Below, in pieces: positions 1 through 13,462 of a stretch of 64,000 bases of DNA (position 1 is its first letter; every line of letters starts with the position of its first letter). A program made the position numbers and the translations under genes. This DNA comes from Octopus vulgaris. Its lineage: Eukaryota. Location: assembly GCA_951406725.2 (NCBI GenBank), contig OX597815.1, forward strand, positions 145,700,001-145,764,000. Reading direction: 5' to 3'. The notes beneath the pieces were generated by a model, which was given only the letters and a program-made list of their open reading frames with translations, made no database searches and was not told the origin of the DNA.

Positions 1-32
<32 letters not shown>

Positions 33-124
33 GAAATATATCGGATAATGTAGTACCGAGGAAACTAAAAGACAGGATTGTCATGGCTGTAACGTCTCTG
101 AACATAGGTCTATTCGATTCCGAA

Positions 125-360
125 GGCGCGTACCTTAAGAGTTAGAGTTTTTCGCTCACAACCAGAAGATGGTGGTTTCGAATCCCAGATCGGGCGTTGC
201 ATTGTGTTCTTGAGCAAAATACTTCATTTCACTTCTGCCCCAGTCCATTCAGCTGCAAATGGGTTCCAAAAATATCTGGGAAGTCAACCCTACGGCGGAC
301 CGGCGTCGCACCCCGGGGCGGTGGAATATAAGCTCACGCCTCTAAAACGTCTTGAAAACA
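125..360 (+). mobile_element. Degenerate tRNA-derived SINE (family D-type head)
   Basis: ggcgcgt..cttaag.gttag, B-box-like ggtttcgaatccc, then gtgttcttgagcaaaatactt, as in the 22848 copy. Confidence 0.65.
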
Positions 361-394
361 TAGTTAAGTTCCACATTTGAAGATAAAAAAGGGT

Positions 395-700
395 GGCTTA
401 CATATTACATTATACAATAAAATCTGTTCACTTTCACCTATATTTTGACTCATATATAACAATTAAAGTTTGACTCACGCATTGCATTATACGATTTTTG
501 ACACGCATATTTAAGGTTCTGTTTACTGACACGTCATATTATAAGGTAAAAATATGTTGACTCAATATTACATAACAAAATAAACACTTTTGACTTACAC
601 CTTACATTTACGATTCCATTGGCGCACCTTAACATTACCAGGTAAACCAGTTGACTCACTCATTACAAGGTAATGTAAAACCAATTCATTAACTCATTAG
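395..700 (+). repeat. Diverged ~25-33 bp tandem repeat containing TGACTCA
   Basis: Recurring ttTGAC(T/A)C(A/G)...catta(t/c)a units. Exact TGACTCA at 446, 471, 558 and 652. Confidence 0.6.
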
Positions 701-1973
701 CACGAAACGTTTTGTCTCTCTGGTGTCAAAGTTCAAATGTGTGCTGACCAGCGCTGTTAGGCGTCATGTTGTATTTTGTTGGCCCAGGAGCAATATCTCG
801 CGATTAGGGGCCTCAAGGATTGAAATAAAGTCCTGTCAGCGGATGAACAGGAAGTTCAGTTATACATTAGTCTACATCTAAATTACTTCTAACAGACCCA
901 ATTTAAAGCTAATTAGGAAAAAAAATCAATGAAAGTAAAGAGTTTGTCAAAAGGAGTAGAGCAGAGCAAACTCGATACTGCCATGAGAACACGACCTCTA
1001 AAAGATTTGTTCATAGGATTATGACATGTAGTAATTAACTCGTTATGTAAATTTAGATAGCTTTCTAATAATTTTTAAACTTTTACCGATGACTGAAATA
1101 CCTGAAGGATGAATGTTTGCCAGAACATATTTTCAAAATGACTAGTTGTAAAACGTCAGCGAACGAAATGTGTATCACTGCAAATTCAAATGGTGCTCTT
1201 TCTTGTCAAGCATTGTTACTTTAAAGATATGAAAAATAAACAAATATAATAAATCTTATTAGATAAAATTTGATAGTCTGGTTCTAGTTTCTCTTGTGAT
1301 AGGAAGCCATAAAGTATATAGAGGCTAAGTTGCTATAATTCTTTGAAAGTAGATGAAATACAACAAAAAATGTAGTGATTTCACACAAAAAGGTAGAATA
1401 TTTGAACAAAGTAACAAAAAGATAAAACGAAATAAAACAGAAAGAATATAGTTAAGATATTATCTGTAGATTCTAATCTAATCAACAATATAATTTAATA
1501 TAAAAATCAACAAAAATAATTTAATACCACATCTACAATTGAATAGTATCTAGCTTTTAAATAGATTTGACATTATAGAATAAATATTTTCGTTGTAAAT
1601 ATTTACAATAGATCTAGTTATTGTCGTTACAAGTTTTTCCTCAGTAAATTTACAGTTTATTGGATTTAGGACTATCGCTAAATAAATATAGCGAGTCGAA
1701 GTTGTCGTAACTCTTCGGCACTAACTTACAATAATGCTTTTATATCTAAACCGCTTTCATTTCTAATTTCGCCATATTTATAAAAGTTTTTCTTCTTCCT
1801 CATTCTCTTCTTCACTTCGTCGTACGATTTAATACAGTAATGGATGATATTAGAAAGGAGGATCAAGAACGCAAGAATGCAATCGCTAGAAATAACTACT
1901 AAATATTCCTCAAATTACGCTTAAATAAATGTAACATTGAATAATATATTACGGGATATGTTTTATATTATAT

Positions 1974-2024
<51 letters not shown>

Positions 2025-2639
2025 TAAATATTTGTTGTGCAAGATTTTTTTATGTGAAGTCGTGTGTTGAAACAGATATTGTTATATTTCGGAATGGTCA
2101 TATTGCCAGTTTAGCCAATTAAAACACACGCACTATATATTTGGTGTTATTTTGCTTCAGTGTTATTTATTTTTTACATTAATCTTAATCTTATTGCAGC
2201 CAGAGTTCTTTCGTCACATTCCTGTGACTGCATCAGTGGTCCTTTGTTTTCTTCTCTCTTATTTGTGTCTCTCCTTACTAACCGTCAGCCATTTTGTATT
2301 TCTATTGTATGTCTTCATTTGCGCATGCTTATATCTCTATGTGCGTTTATGTTTATTTAGTGTGTATATGTGGGGGGATGCCTGTAATATTTGTATCTTC
2401 TGTTTATATATGTTCATGTAATTTGTATTTTGTTTTTGTTGTTTTTGTTTATTCTTATTTTGTTCATGTGTTTACATCCACTTATTATTATCATTACATA
2501 TGCTTGTATGTATCACAACAATACTAGTAATAATAATAATAATAAATCGAATCGAAAAAATATAAAAAAAAAAAATTATAAATAAAAAAAAATATATGTG
2601 CATATATATGTATATATATACGTATATGTACACACACAC

Positions 2640-2695
<56 letters not shown>

Positions 2696-2697
<2 letters not shown>

Positions 2698-3055
2698 AAA
2701 GCTTCACTGAATGCATGGAGACAAAGATGTGATCGAGTGGCGAATATAAAAAGTTTCGTCTTACCTCTGGGAAGAACGCCAGAGAAATGGACAACTGACC
2801 TCGGTTCTGCTTATTGTTGGGGCTACTGGCTGAGCACACAGGCATTGATGTAGCGGATATTTTAAAGTTAGTCTGTTCCGTAGACCTAACCATCGAGGAT
2901 CAATCAGTTTTACAATAACAAACATATTCTGAAAAGTTCGAAACTCTTGTACGAGGTTTCCATTTCTCTGTCCTTCTTCCTAGAGGTAAGACGAAAATTT
3001 TTTATATTCGCCTCCCGCACACATCTTTGTATCTATACATTCAGTGAAGCTTTAC
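2696..3055. mobile_element. Foldback/MITE-like element with ~100-bp imperfect inverted arms
   Basis: gtaaagcttcactgaatg...cgaatataaaaagtttcgtcttacctctgggaagaa is mirrored by ttcttcctagaggtaagacgaaaattttttatattcg...cattcagtgaagctttac. Confidence 0.8.
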
Positions 3056-3144
3056 CGAGCGTCGAACGGTTATCGACTGCTATTTCCAGCAAATATTGGC
3101 ACCTTGTTGTGCCACTATTTCCTATATATATATGCCTCTCTCTC

Positions 3145-3254
<110 letters not shown>

Positions 3255-5186
3255 AAACAGACGAATGGGTGTTCAGATACTTGTATAACTGCTTCATTAA
3301 GATTCCTTATTGTTACGTAAGCATAGTGTGTCAGGTATGTGGAATACACAGCATCCATACGATTATGTCATACATTATGCAGCTCTCAACTCAAATAACC
3401 AAGCGAGTAGTGACGTTGACTAATCAGCAGATCATCAGCAAGTGAAATTTCTAATCAGATTTACCAGCATTAAAGAAATGTAGAGTGGGTGGGACTACAG
3501 TCGCTCAAACACGAAGGTGGATAGCAGAAAGAGATGGTATATTGAAGAATAGTTAAAAGGATTTTCTATTCTAAAGATGACATTAAACTAAGCAACCTCG
3601 CTGATAAAGGCTAGTATGAGCAAAACAGGTTTGTATCGCAGCAGAAAATATGCGCCAAGCATGACTTTTGACCCTATCAAAGCATATTTGAAGACAGTTG
3701 CTGACGTTATTCTAAAAATCCATTTCTTGTGTGATATTCGTTAGGACATTAAATAGTGATTTAGTTAATAAATTCCGGCGTTATTTATGCATTTACTTAA
3801 TTCATCTTCGTTAAAGTGTCCCGATTAGTCATCAAAGAACTAATAGAATATCAGCTTTAATTAATGGAGATTCCAGCAAATAATAACTTAAGAAAAAAAC
3901 GCAAATAGCGAAGGTCTCTGTCAAGTTACAGTGGAGAGAGAGGGAAAAGAAGGAAAGGAAAAGAAAATTATACATAGAGATAGCGAAAGCCAGCAATCAC
4001 AGCCTATAAATACTTAAGTAGAAGCAGAATAGGACAAATCTAAGAGCGTCAGTTGTCAACACATTGACGAGAAGACTGCATTAACATAAACAGATAAATA
4101 TGTGTACTAGACTAATGAAAGAAGTTTAGGCAATAATCAGAAATAACGAAGATATGAATGAATAAATATATAAACTTATGTTAGTTAAAGATCGAAAATA
4201 TAAATTTTAAAATATTACAGTCATTGGTACTCGCCGTTAGAACCAAGGGTAGGAAAAAGTAGCTTAAATGTGGTCAATTATATGTATTAACTGAAATTAA
4301 GACTACCTAAACATAATTCATGGATATTGTTAATAGTGACTAAAGTTTATGTGGGTGTGTAGGGTTATCGATACTATCTAGCACATGGAAAAGATTTTGT
4401 AGAACCTGTTTAAAGTACAAGTAAGTTCATCCGATTTAGTAATAACGTAACTCGTACATTTTAAGATCTCCAACAAATCCAAACAGCACCAATTACGACC
4501 ATATCTATCACTAACATAAGGCTTAGTGTGTCTAGCGTTAAATCAAAATCGATATTTTTGTCTTTTAACTCCTAGACATTCACGGAGAGTTATATTGCGC
4601 GTTATCTCTCCTTCTAAATGTATGAAGATGATTATGTATTCTTGATTTAAAAGTGAAAGTGAAAGTAGGAACGTTAGTTTTGACAGTATATAATATACAC
4701 CGTTTAGTACAAAACTGACCCCAATATCAGAAATAACAACAATAATAGCATCTCCTCCTTTACCACCGACAAATCCTTTAATTAATGGACATATTTAATC
4801 ATTTAGTTTGAGGATGGTGAAGCAGATACGAGTAAAGTTTAAACTTTGCTTGATTCCAGCAACTACTTCCACGCTTCCCAAACCGATGTTTCTTCATAGA
4901 TATTATTTTAGTATAATGTTTTCAGAAATGAGACATCTATTCATTTTTAATACGTTAACGTAGATTAGAACATATTAAGAATGATCCGATACGTTGTTTG
5001 GATTTACGCTGTTCTACATGCATTATGAATTATTTTCATCACTGATTATCATTCTATCAACACTATCATTTTAAAGATATTCTTTCGCCATAAAAATGGA
5101 AGCCTGTATCCATGACCTTTATTAGGGCAACTTACAAAGAAGAATAAGGAAGCTATTACGATGAATGTTTAGTTTAAATTGTTTAA

Positions 5187-5406
5187 CTCTTTAGCCTTTA
5201 AATCGGCCATGTCCAGCCCCAAAATTCTACTGGTTTTATGTTCAAACTGGCTAGGTCCAACCTCTCACACCTACCCTACAATGTCATTCTAAAAATAACC
5301 ACTCAGATCATCAGAATCTCAAATCTACAAAATAATGCCTGATTTATTCAAAATAATGTAAACAAATAATTATTACATTTGCCAGAGTAATCTGAATGTT
5401 GAAGGG
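5187..5406. mobile_element. piggyBac-like MITE
   Basis: TTAA|ctctttagc ... gttgaaggg|TTAA. Degenerate CCCTTT/AAAGGG termini with TTAA target sites. Confidence 0.65.
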
Positions 5407-7294
5407 TTAAAGATGAATATTTAAATAAGAACAAGCGGTGAATGATGAAGGAGTTTTGCGGAAAGCAGTTCTTAGTAAAATGTATGGAGTATTGATTATG
5501 GCGTTCAAGTCAGAAGTGAACCAGTAGAAGCCATCTCGTTTCTTGTCTCTGAGACTGGTTATTGCACTTTGGATATTGCAGATAGTTATATGTAAAGTTG
5601 TTCGGCTTTAAAATCTGATGCGATTTCACCATAACTAATTGGGTTGTGAAAAGCTGAGTTTGGCCAGGAAGCTTTCTTTCTTTCTTTCTTTCTTTCTCGC
5701 TCTCTCTCTTTCTAAACTATAAAAGCGGTAGAACTGGGTACTGTGAGCTGACACAACACTTGTAATTTCTCAGGATCCCCACTTCTTATAATGAATAATT
5801 GTACCGCTTTCTGTTTCCCTGTTACCGTTAAATGAACTGAGATATGAAAAGTACTACCGTATCGACAGTGATAGGATGACACATCACCCCAATTCAGGAG
5901 TATTAAGATGTGAGCATCTGTTTCTTCGGCCAGACCAACTATAATAATACCCGACAAAAACTAAAATTCATTAAGTATAATAAAAAAAAAAAGAAAAAAA
6001 CTATATAGAAAATATAATTTGTGTTCTGCAGAAAAAAGACAGTGTTACCAGAAACACAGTCAGATAACTTTGTTCTCACTCGTATTCATGAATACATTAT
6101 AACTGCTGAGGTTTCAGGGATGAAGAACAGGAAGGAAAGCATGTACCTGGTTAACGTTTAGCAGAAACAAACGTCACTGCGAATCATTTCAATTTGCATA
6201 CTAGCGTAGGGGATATATTCAAACTTCGTAAACGGTTAGTAAATCTTTGGAGCTGAAAGTACTTATTCCGAAATAAAGTCCACATCGCTGGAAATAATTC
6301 TTTGCTAGAAAATGTATTACAATACAATAAAATAGATAAAAGAAATAAAACAACAAAAGGAATACCCGTTTTCTTATCACATCCTTGTCTTAATGTCGTT
6401 ACGAAGCACTTATGCATCAAGTATTAATATAAAGCAAAATGTTCTGGATATATACGCTTGTTGTTAACACTTGTTAGCCCACCACTAAATAATGTGCCGT
6501 TAACACAACATAAATGATCAATTTAAGTGCAAATGAGATTTTCTAGAGTGTTCGAGAAATTGTTATTATTTCGTAGTTGATTTGTCCCGTGATCGAGAGA
6601 AACGGCAGTATTTCTATAGCTGTCACATGGTGTAGAGAAGAGGCACTACGCATCTATTATGGTGATTAGTTGTTGTTAAAATATTCTTTAATGTTATGAA
6701 CTGTACTGCTTCGACACTGAGGAGATTATTCTGTGTAGCTTAGATTTAATACGACCGACAACAAACAGCGAAAGGGAAAAATGGAGAATATGGCGTCGCC
6801 GTTTACCACATATACTGAAATACACATAAAAATAATCTCCGTGTGTAATTTCACAAATTCGTTTTGGTGCTATGATTGGTGAAACTCATAGTTTCATACT
6901 GTGAATGTATGTGAGAAAGGAAGTGGTGGGAGGAAGGGCGGGGTGTAGTAAAAGGTTGTCAGTCGACTACTGCTGACCGCAGTGATTCTATTAACGCTGC
7001 ACAACCATTCTTACATTATGGTTTCCATTCAATCAAAGAATTGCTTAATCTCACCATAAGCTTGACAAGGAATTTAATACAACTCGTCCTCCAGATATTG
7101 AAAATGATAATAGATTTCAGCAGAATAAAATCTGATTGTCCATGTTTATTCATTACACGTTGCTGATTTCATAGGTTCGAACGCACGTACAAGCACAGAG
7201 ACACACGCGAACAGACATACGCACACAGTAGGGGAAACGGATACAAATATAGATATGCAAAAAGACGAACACATTTAGCACACGCACACATACA

Positions 7295-7340
7295 CACACA
7301 CGTGGTACTGACATGTAAGTGAGCGCGTGAGTGTTTTGTG

Positions 7341-7400
<60 letters not shown>

Positions 7401-7800
7401 CGTATATATATATATATACGTATATATATGTGTTTGTGTGTGTGTATGTGTGTATCTAAGAATGTATCATTCATACATAGTTATACACACACACATACAC
7501 GTGGTACTGGCACATATCCATAAGTATGCGCGTGAGTGTTTTGTATATGAATATATATCTATATTTTTATGTATATACATTTATATATATATAAGTGTGT
7601 GTGTGTATATCTAAGAATGTATATTTCATAGTTACAGACACACACACACGTACTGCTGGGATGTATGTATAAAGTGTGCGCTGTGTGTTTTGCGTATGTA
7701 TGTAGACGTATATATATATATATGCATATGTGTGTGTATGTGTGTATATGTGTATATCTAATAATGTATCACTCATACATATTTATACACACACACGCAC
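7295..7800 (+). repeat. Three diverged 150-200 bp tandem units built around microsatellites
   Basis: cacgtggtactg..gcgcgtgagtgttttg..tatctaagaatgtat occurs three times with variation. Confidence 0.7.
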
Positions 7801-8273
7801 ACACATATATATGTATATTTATATTTATGCGTGTATATTTATATATACACATATATACATGTGTGTATGTATGTGTATATGTGCGTGTGTGAATATGTGT
7901 GTTTGTGTGTGATACTCCCAAGAAACAGCAGCATCTGTTTCAACAGACAATTATGTATTAAAAAACTTGAAACACAAATAAAAAATAATTGGTATATAAA
8001 TATATTCATATGTCTATTGTACTTGTACGTAGGTATACACACGCACACATATTTATATACGTGCATACTCACACTTTCATGTATACATATGTATCATGCA
8101 AGCATATATGCATGCGCGTTGCCCGAAACAGTAATGACTTCTGGTAATTTGACAGAAAAAAGTAGGCTACGAATGACCCGTCTTTTTTTGTCTGTCCGAA
8201 TTGTTGTTTCTCCTTTCCGCCTTTGTATCATCTATCTGTCCGAATGTTTTATTGCCCTCTATTGCGCTTTTGT

Positions 8274-8359
<86 letters not shown>

Positions 8360-8442
8360 TTCGAGACAAAACCACTATTTTAAAACCAAACAAGGAAAGA
8401 CTTAATCAATACATAAAATTTTAATATAAATTAAATAAACCG

Positions 8443-8485
8443 CCACTACAAATGTTTCATGTCTGCTCCGACAATCTTCAGGTGG
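8443..8485 (-). ncRNA. Minimal type I hammerhead ribozyme motif (mirror copy)
   Basis: Exact reverse complement of 8554-8596. Confidence 0.75.
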
Positions 8486-8553
8486 ATTTTGGATCTTCTA
8501 ATCAGTATCAAATTTTGACTTCAAAATTTGATACTGATTAGAAGATCGAAAAT

Positions 8554-8596
8554 CCACCTGAAGATTGTCGGAGCAGACATGAAACATTTGTAGTGG
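8554..8596 (+). ncRNA. Minimal type I hammerhead ribozyme motif
   Basis: ccac CTGAAGA t tgtc ggagca gaca t GAAAC attt GTA gtgg. Stem I ccac/gtgg, stem II tgtc/gaca, GUA triplet. Confidence 0.75.
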
Positions 8597-8772
8597 CGGT
8601 TTATTTAATTTATATTAAAATTTTATGTATTGATTAAGTCTTTCCTTGTTTGGTTTTAAAATAGTGGTTTTTGTCTCGAATTATATTATATAATATTTTA
8701 CTATAAAATTGGATTTAACCCTAAATCTGATTTTTCCCTGTAATTTCGGATTCATTCTCTAATATTTATTAT

Positions 8773-8811
<39 letters not shown>

Positions 8812-8974
8812 TATACGTGTGTGTGTGTCTGTGTGTACTACATCTATGTCGGAATCTATGTACACATTATTTCTTCTCTTCAAAGGTGCTTCCAAGTTCC
8901 AAAGCACCTAACAGTATACGTTTTATTCGATATATTTCTAAGACACATCAGAATATATACATACAGACATCGTG

Positions 8975-9356
8975 ACACTCCGTTGGTTGCGACGACGAGG
9001 GTTCCAGTTGATCCGATCAACGGAACAGCCTGCTCGTGAAATTAACGTGCAAGTGGCTGAGCACTCCACAAACACGTGTACCCTTAACGTAGTTCTCGGG
9101 GGAGATTCAGCGTGACACAGAATGTGACAAGTCTGGCATTTTGAAATACAGATGCAACAGAAACAGGAAGAAAGAGTGAGAGAAAGTTGTGGTGAAAGAA
9201 TACAGCAGAGTTCACCCCCGCCCCACCTGCCGGAGCCTCGTGGGGCTTTAGGTGTTTTCGCTCAATAAACACTCACAACTCCCGGTCTGGGAATCGAAAC
9301 CGCGATCCTATGACCGCGAGTCTGCTGCCCTAACCAGTGGGCCATTGCACCTCCAC
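8975..9356 (-). mobile_element. tRNA-derived SINE, family C
   Basis: Minus strand starts gtggaggtgcaatggcccactggttagggcagcagactcgcggtc..ggtttcgattccc (A/B boxes). 3' half shared with family D copies. Confidence 0.88.
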
Positions 9357-9521
9357 TACATACAGGCATAAAGAAACGAGTAGGAACACTGATACAAGGG
9401 AAATGACTGAAATAAACCCATGGTGCAATTTAAGTTAAACCAATTATATACTTTTTTACGGAAATGTACTTGCATAGAAAATGACCTGATCTGAGATCGT
9501 GTGTTGAAATAAAAGTAATTT

Positions 9522-9822
9522 CAGCGTGGAAGATGTTTATAAGCTATTTAAAAACACATAAAAACCGTTAGATTTACTTCTAACATTAAAATTTTTTTGT
9601 GCCAAAATCTTTTCTTCGATTTGAAACCGCGACCTGTTCACTGACAAAATTTCGTGCTGATTCACGAAATTTTCAGTGCCACAACGCAAAATATTGTCAG
9701 TTAATAGGTTGCGGTTTCAAAGAGACGAAAATATTTTGACACAAATTAAATTTAACTGTTGAAGTGGATTTAACGATTTTCGCGTGTTTTTTCAAATGGC
9801 TTATGAACACCTTCCACACTGT
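9522..9822. mobile_element. Foldback MITE with ~130-bp diverged inverted arms
   Basis: cagcgtggaagatgtttataagc...tttgaaaccgcgacctgttcactgacaa is mirrored by ttgtcagttaataggttgcggtttcaaa...gcttatgaacaccttccacactg. Confidence 0.78.
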
Positions 9823-9964
9823 GATTATTTATTGATACACTAAAACAATATTCATAGTGAAACACAATTTTCCACCTAATTCCTGAAAGACGACCAGAAA
9901 ACTAACGAGATGTGTGAGCTAGTCACAAGAAAAAGCGGAGATAATTTCAAAAGATTAAGAAATA

Positions 9965-10343
<379 letters not shown>

Positions 10344-10675
10344 TAATTCAGAGAAACTGAAATATTTGCTTGCTGCGACGGCGGATTCAACGGATATGCT
10401 TCAGTATAAGTGTATCTCGTCAGTGGAACTCACAACACGTACGTTATTTGATTGTCTTAAGGAAAAAAACATTCATTTGCAGCATGAAGCATGTAAAAGA
10501 CATCCAAATAATTTGGGCCACTAAATTAGCACATTGAATACAAACAAAATTGGGTTGGCATACACATTGCTGTCTCTGTCTACGTTAGCAATGATCTAAA
10601 TTTTTATCAAGAATGTCAATTACTTTTCTTCGATTCATACCATTGGCTTATTTAAATTATTTCCTTTGCAATTTG

Positions 10676-10729
<54 letters not shown>

Positions 10730-13462
10730 ATACAAATTACTGCTGTTCAAGCTGACAAAGAGCAGATCTTCCATTAAGTATCAGAATAATTTGATTTTAT
10801 AAAAATTCATGACATTAGTTTATTTGAATTATTTCCCTTAGCTCGAGTTTTTTAATATGCAAATTACCTGTAACGCTTTTTACGTATGTAAAACTCTCAA
10901 GTTTATTGTTCAAGCCGAGACGTTTCACGTGTTGCGTGTGCTTTGTTGGCGACGACTAAGAAAGCTAAAGTATATTCATTACTGAGAGTCTCCCCACTAA
11001 CAAAGATCTTATTCTCCTTTGTGAAAATTTTAATATTTTATTCAATACATATATTTGTTATTTTTTTTATCAACAAGTAATTCTTTATTTATTGAAAATT
11101 TTTTCCCCTATTTTTGTTTGTGAGCCGCTAACGAAATCACTAGGCTTTTGTTGTCTTTCTCCAACTAAGAGAATTCATTAAAATTTTTGTCTACGTAATT
11201 CACTACATCAATACAAATCTGATCGATACATACATATATATATTCATTCATACATTCATCTACGCGTTCATACATGCATTCATACATAAATATATTCTTG
11301 TAGGAATAAAGGCAAAAACCTGCTTTCGTACATATATTCTTATACTCATTGATACATGTAGACTTATTTTCATATATTCATTTGCATTGAAATACACATA
11401 CATAAATACATATATGTATGTACCTACACGCTTCACTCGTACGTATATATATACATGCATATATTCATACATTCATACATATATTTATATATTCATTGAT
11501 GCATATATAAATACAGAGACACAAGCATGCAAAAACGCATACATGCATATATACGCACATACAAACATAAAACATACATACATACATACATACATACACA
11601 CACACACGCCCACACATATGCATACGTACGCACATACTTACAGTCGTATTTACATATACATACATATATATTCCTTCATACATACACACACACACACACA
11701 TATATATATATACGTACATACATAAATTGCGGCATGTATAAATGCATGCACACATAAATTTCTCCATACTTACAGTCGTACATAAATACGTATATCCGTG
11801 TATACGTATATCCGTGTATACGTATATACATTCATTCGTACATACATAAATGTATATATACGTACATACATATATTTACAACCGTACATACATATACATA
11901 TATACATATTTATACACACATCTCACACAGACAAACAAACATGTGTATCACTGGTAGAAACCAGTTAATTAACTAGCAATAAATCACACTGAAAGAATAT
12001 CAAAACATAAAACTCTTTGAAGATTGTTTCTCAAGCCTAGTATTATTGCAACGAAGGAAAGAAGTCATCGGAATTTTGAGGATAATGGTAAGGTAATCGA
12101 GTAGAATTGCATTTGACTATTGCTATGTTTTTTTTCACTATTTTCCCTTTATTTATTTATTTTTTTGTTGCTCAACTAATAAAACTTGGCAAACCTGACC
12201 TCGTTTTTTATGACTATTTTACCATTCTATTAGTATAATCAATGAAATGAAATTTCCTGGAAATCAAAGAATTCTTATTTAGCGTTGTGTTCTTAGCACC
12301 TAACAAGAATCGGTATCGTAAGTTGGATGATCAAAGGCTCTCTGCCAGAACGGAATGTTCTTCTTTCTATTCCCCTTTCCCCCACCGCACGTATTCTAAC
12401 CGCACCCATTATTCAAATGGAAAGAAAGAACGAAAAAAAAAATCACAAAAACAAAGTTTTCTATTCACGTATTCATAAACCATTGATATTAAACTTTGTA
12501 TTTTTCACCAGTTTGAAGAAATCATTAACTTTGATTTTTCTTCAGCAAAATAGCAAAAAAAAAAAAAAAATACACACACGAAAATTAACGTAAGTTTTAA
12601 ACTGTCTTTGTCATCTTCCTCGACGTCGTCGTCGTCGTCCCAAAATCCACTACCCTTGCCTCCTTCACTCACCCGCCACCATCATCGTCGACGTCGCCTT
12701 CACATCGCCGTCATCATTTTACATTTCATTTATTTTTCACAATTTTCATATTCATGGTACTCCGTATGTTTAATAAGCGACAAACCCCAAACCACACCCC
12801 CACGCCATATCCCTGTCGGTGCTTCTTTAATTTATTTATTTCCACCACTCATTCTATTTTTTATTACTGTTTTCCGACAGGAAATAAAGATGCTATCCTC
12901 CCACCCCCAACACCTTCACCATCACCACCCCCACCGCCACTACCGCTTCCATCAACACAAGTCTTATCTACCACCACATCAACCCGTTCCCCTTCAACTC
13001 ATTCCGCCTCTTTATATTCCACATCATTATCATTATCATTATTCACAATACTGTTAGAATCATCGTTAGACACGTCTGTTACTATTTATGAGTAGTTAAA
13101 ACAGAAAACAAAAAAAAAAAGGATTTCCGTCGGTTTCTACGATGAGTGTTTAATTGTTTTCCTTTCATGCAAACTGTCAAATTTAGACCGGACACCCTGT
13201 ATTTTAGGGTTATAAAACTTTGTTATTAATCATTGACTCAATGGGTCTACATCTCGAAATATCTCGTCACCCCGTCCCTCCCCCATAATCTAGTGTGTCA
13301 TTTAGCCCAAAGACTATCCTAAATAAGCCGTGACATTGCTTCCTAGACACGATCATCACGTTTAATCTTCAGAGAAATACGTTTTGGCTTACGGGATGTA
13401 TGTCCACACAAAAATAAAAGGCGTTAGCGCGGGAATGGCTGTGTGGTAAGTTGCTTCCTTAC

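Larger units (their letters stand above)
8348..8692. repeat. Near-perfect palindrome (~170-bp arms, 2-nt loop at 8519-8520), Penelope-like inverted terminus
   Basis: Arms are reverse complements with only about three differences. Each arm carries a hammerhead motif. Confidence 0.92.

Noticed and set aside
9280-9356. tRNA-like sequences with A/B boxes (also at 22848, 40730, 50850 and others)
   Set aside because: They are SINE heads continuing into shared SINE bodies, and I could not form a complete cloverleaf.
12608-13095. His/Pro/Ser-rich ORFs
   Set aside because: They arise from low-complexity CAC/CAT/GTC tracts, and I see no homology.
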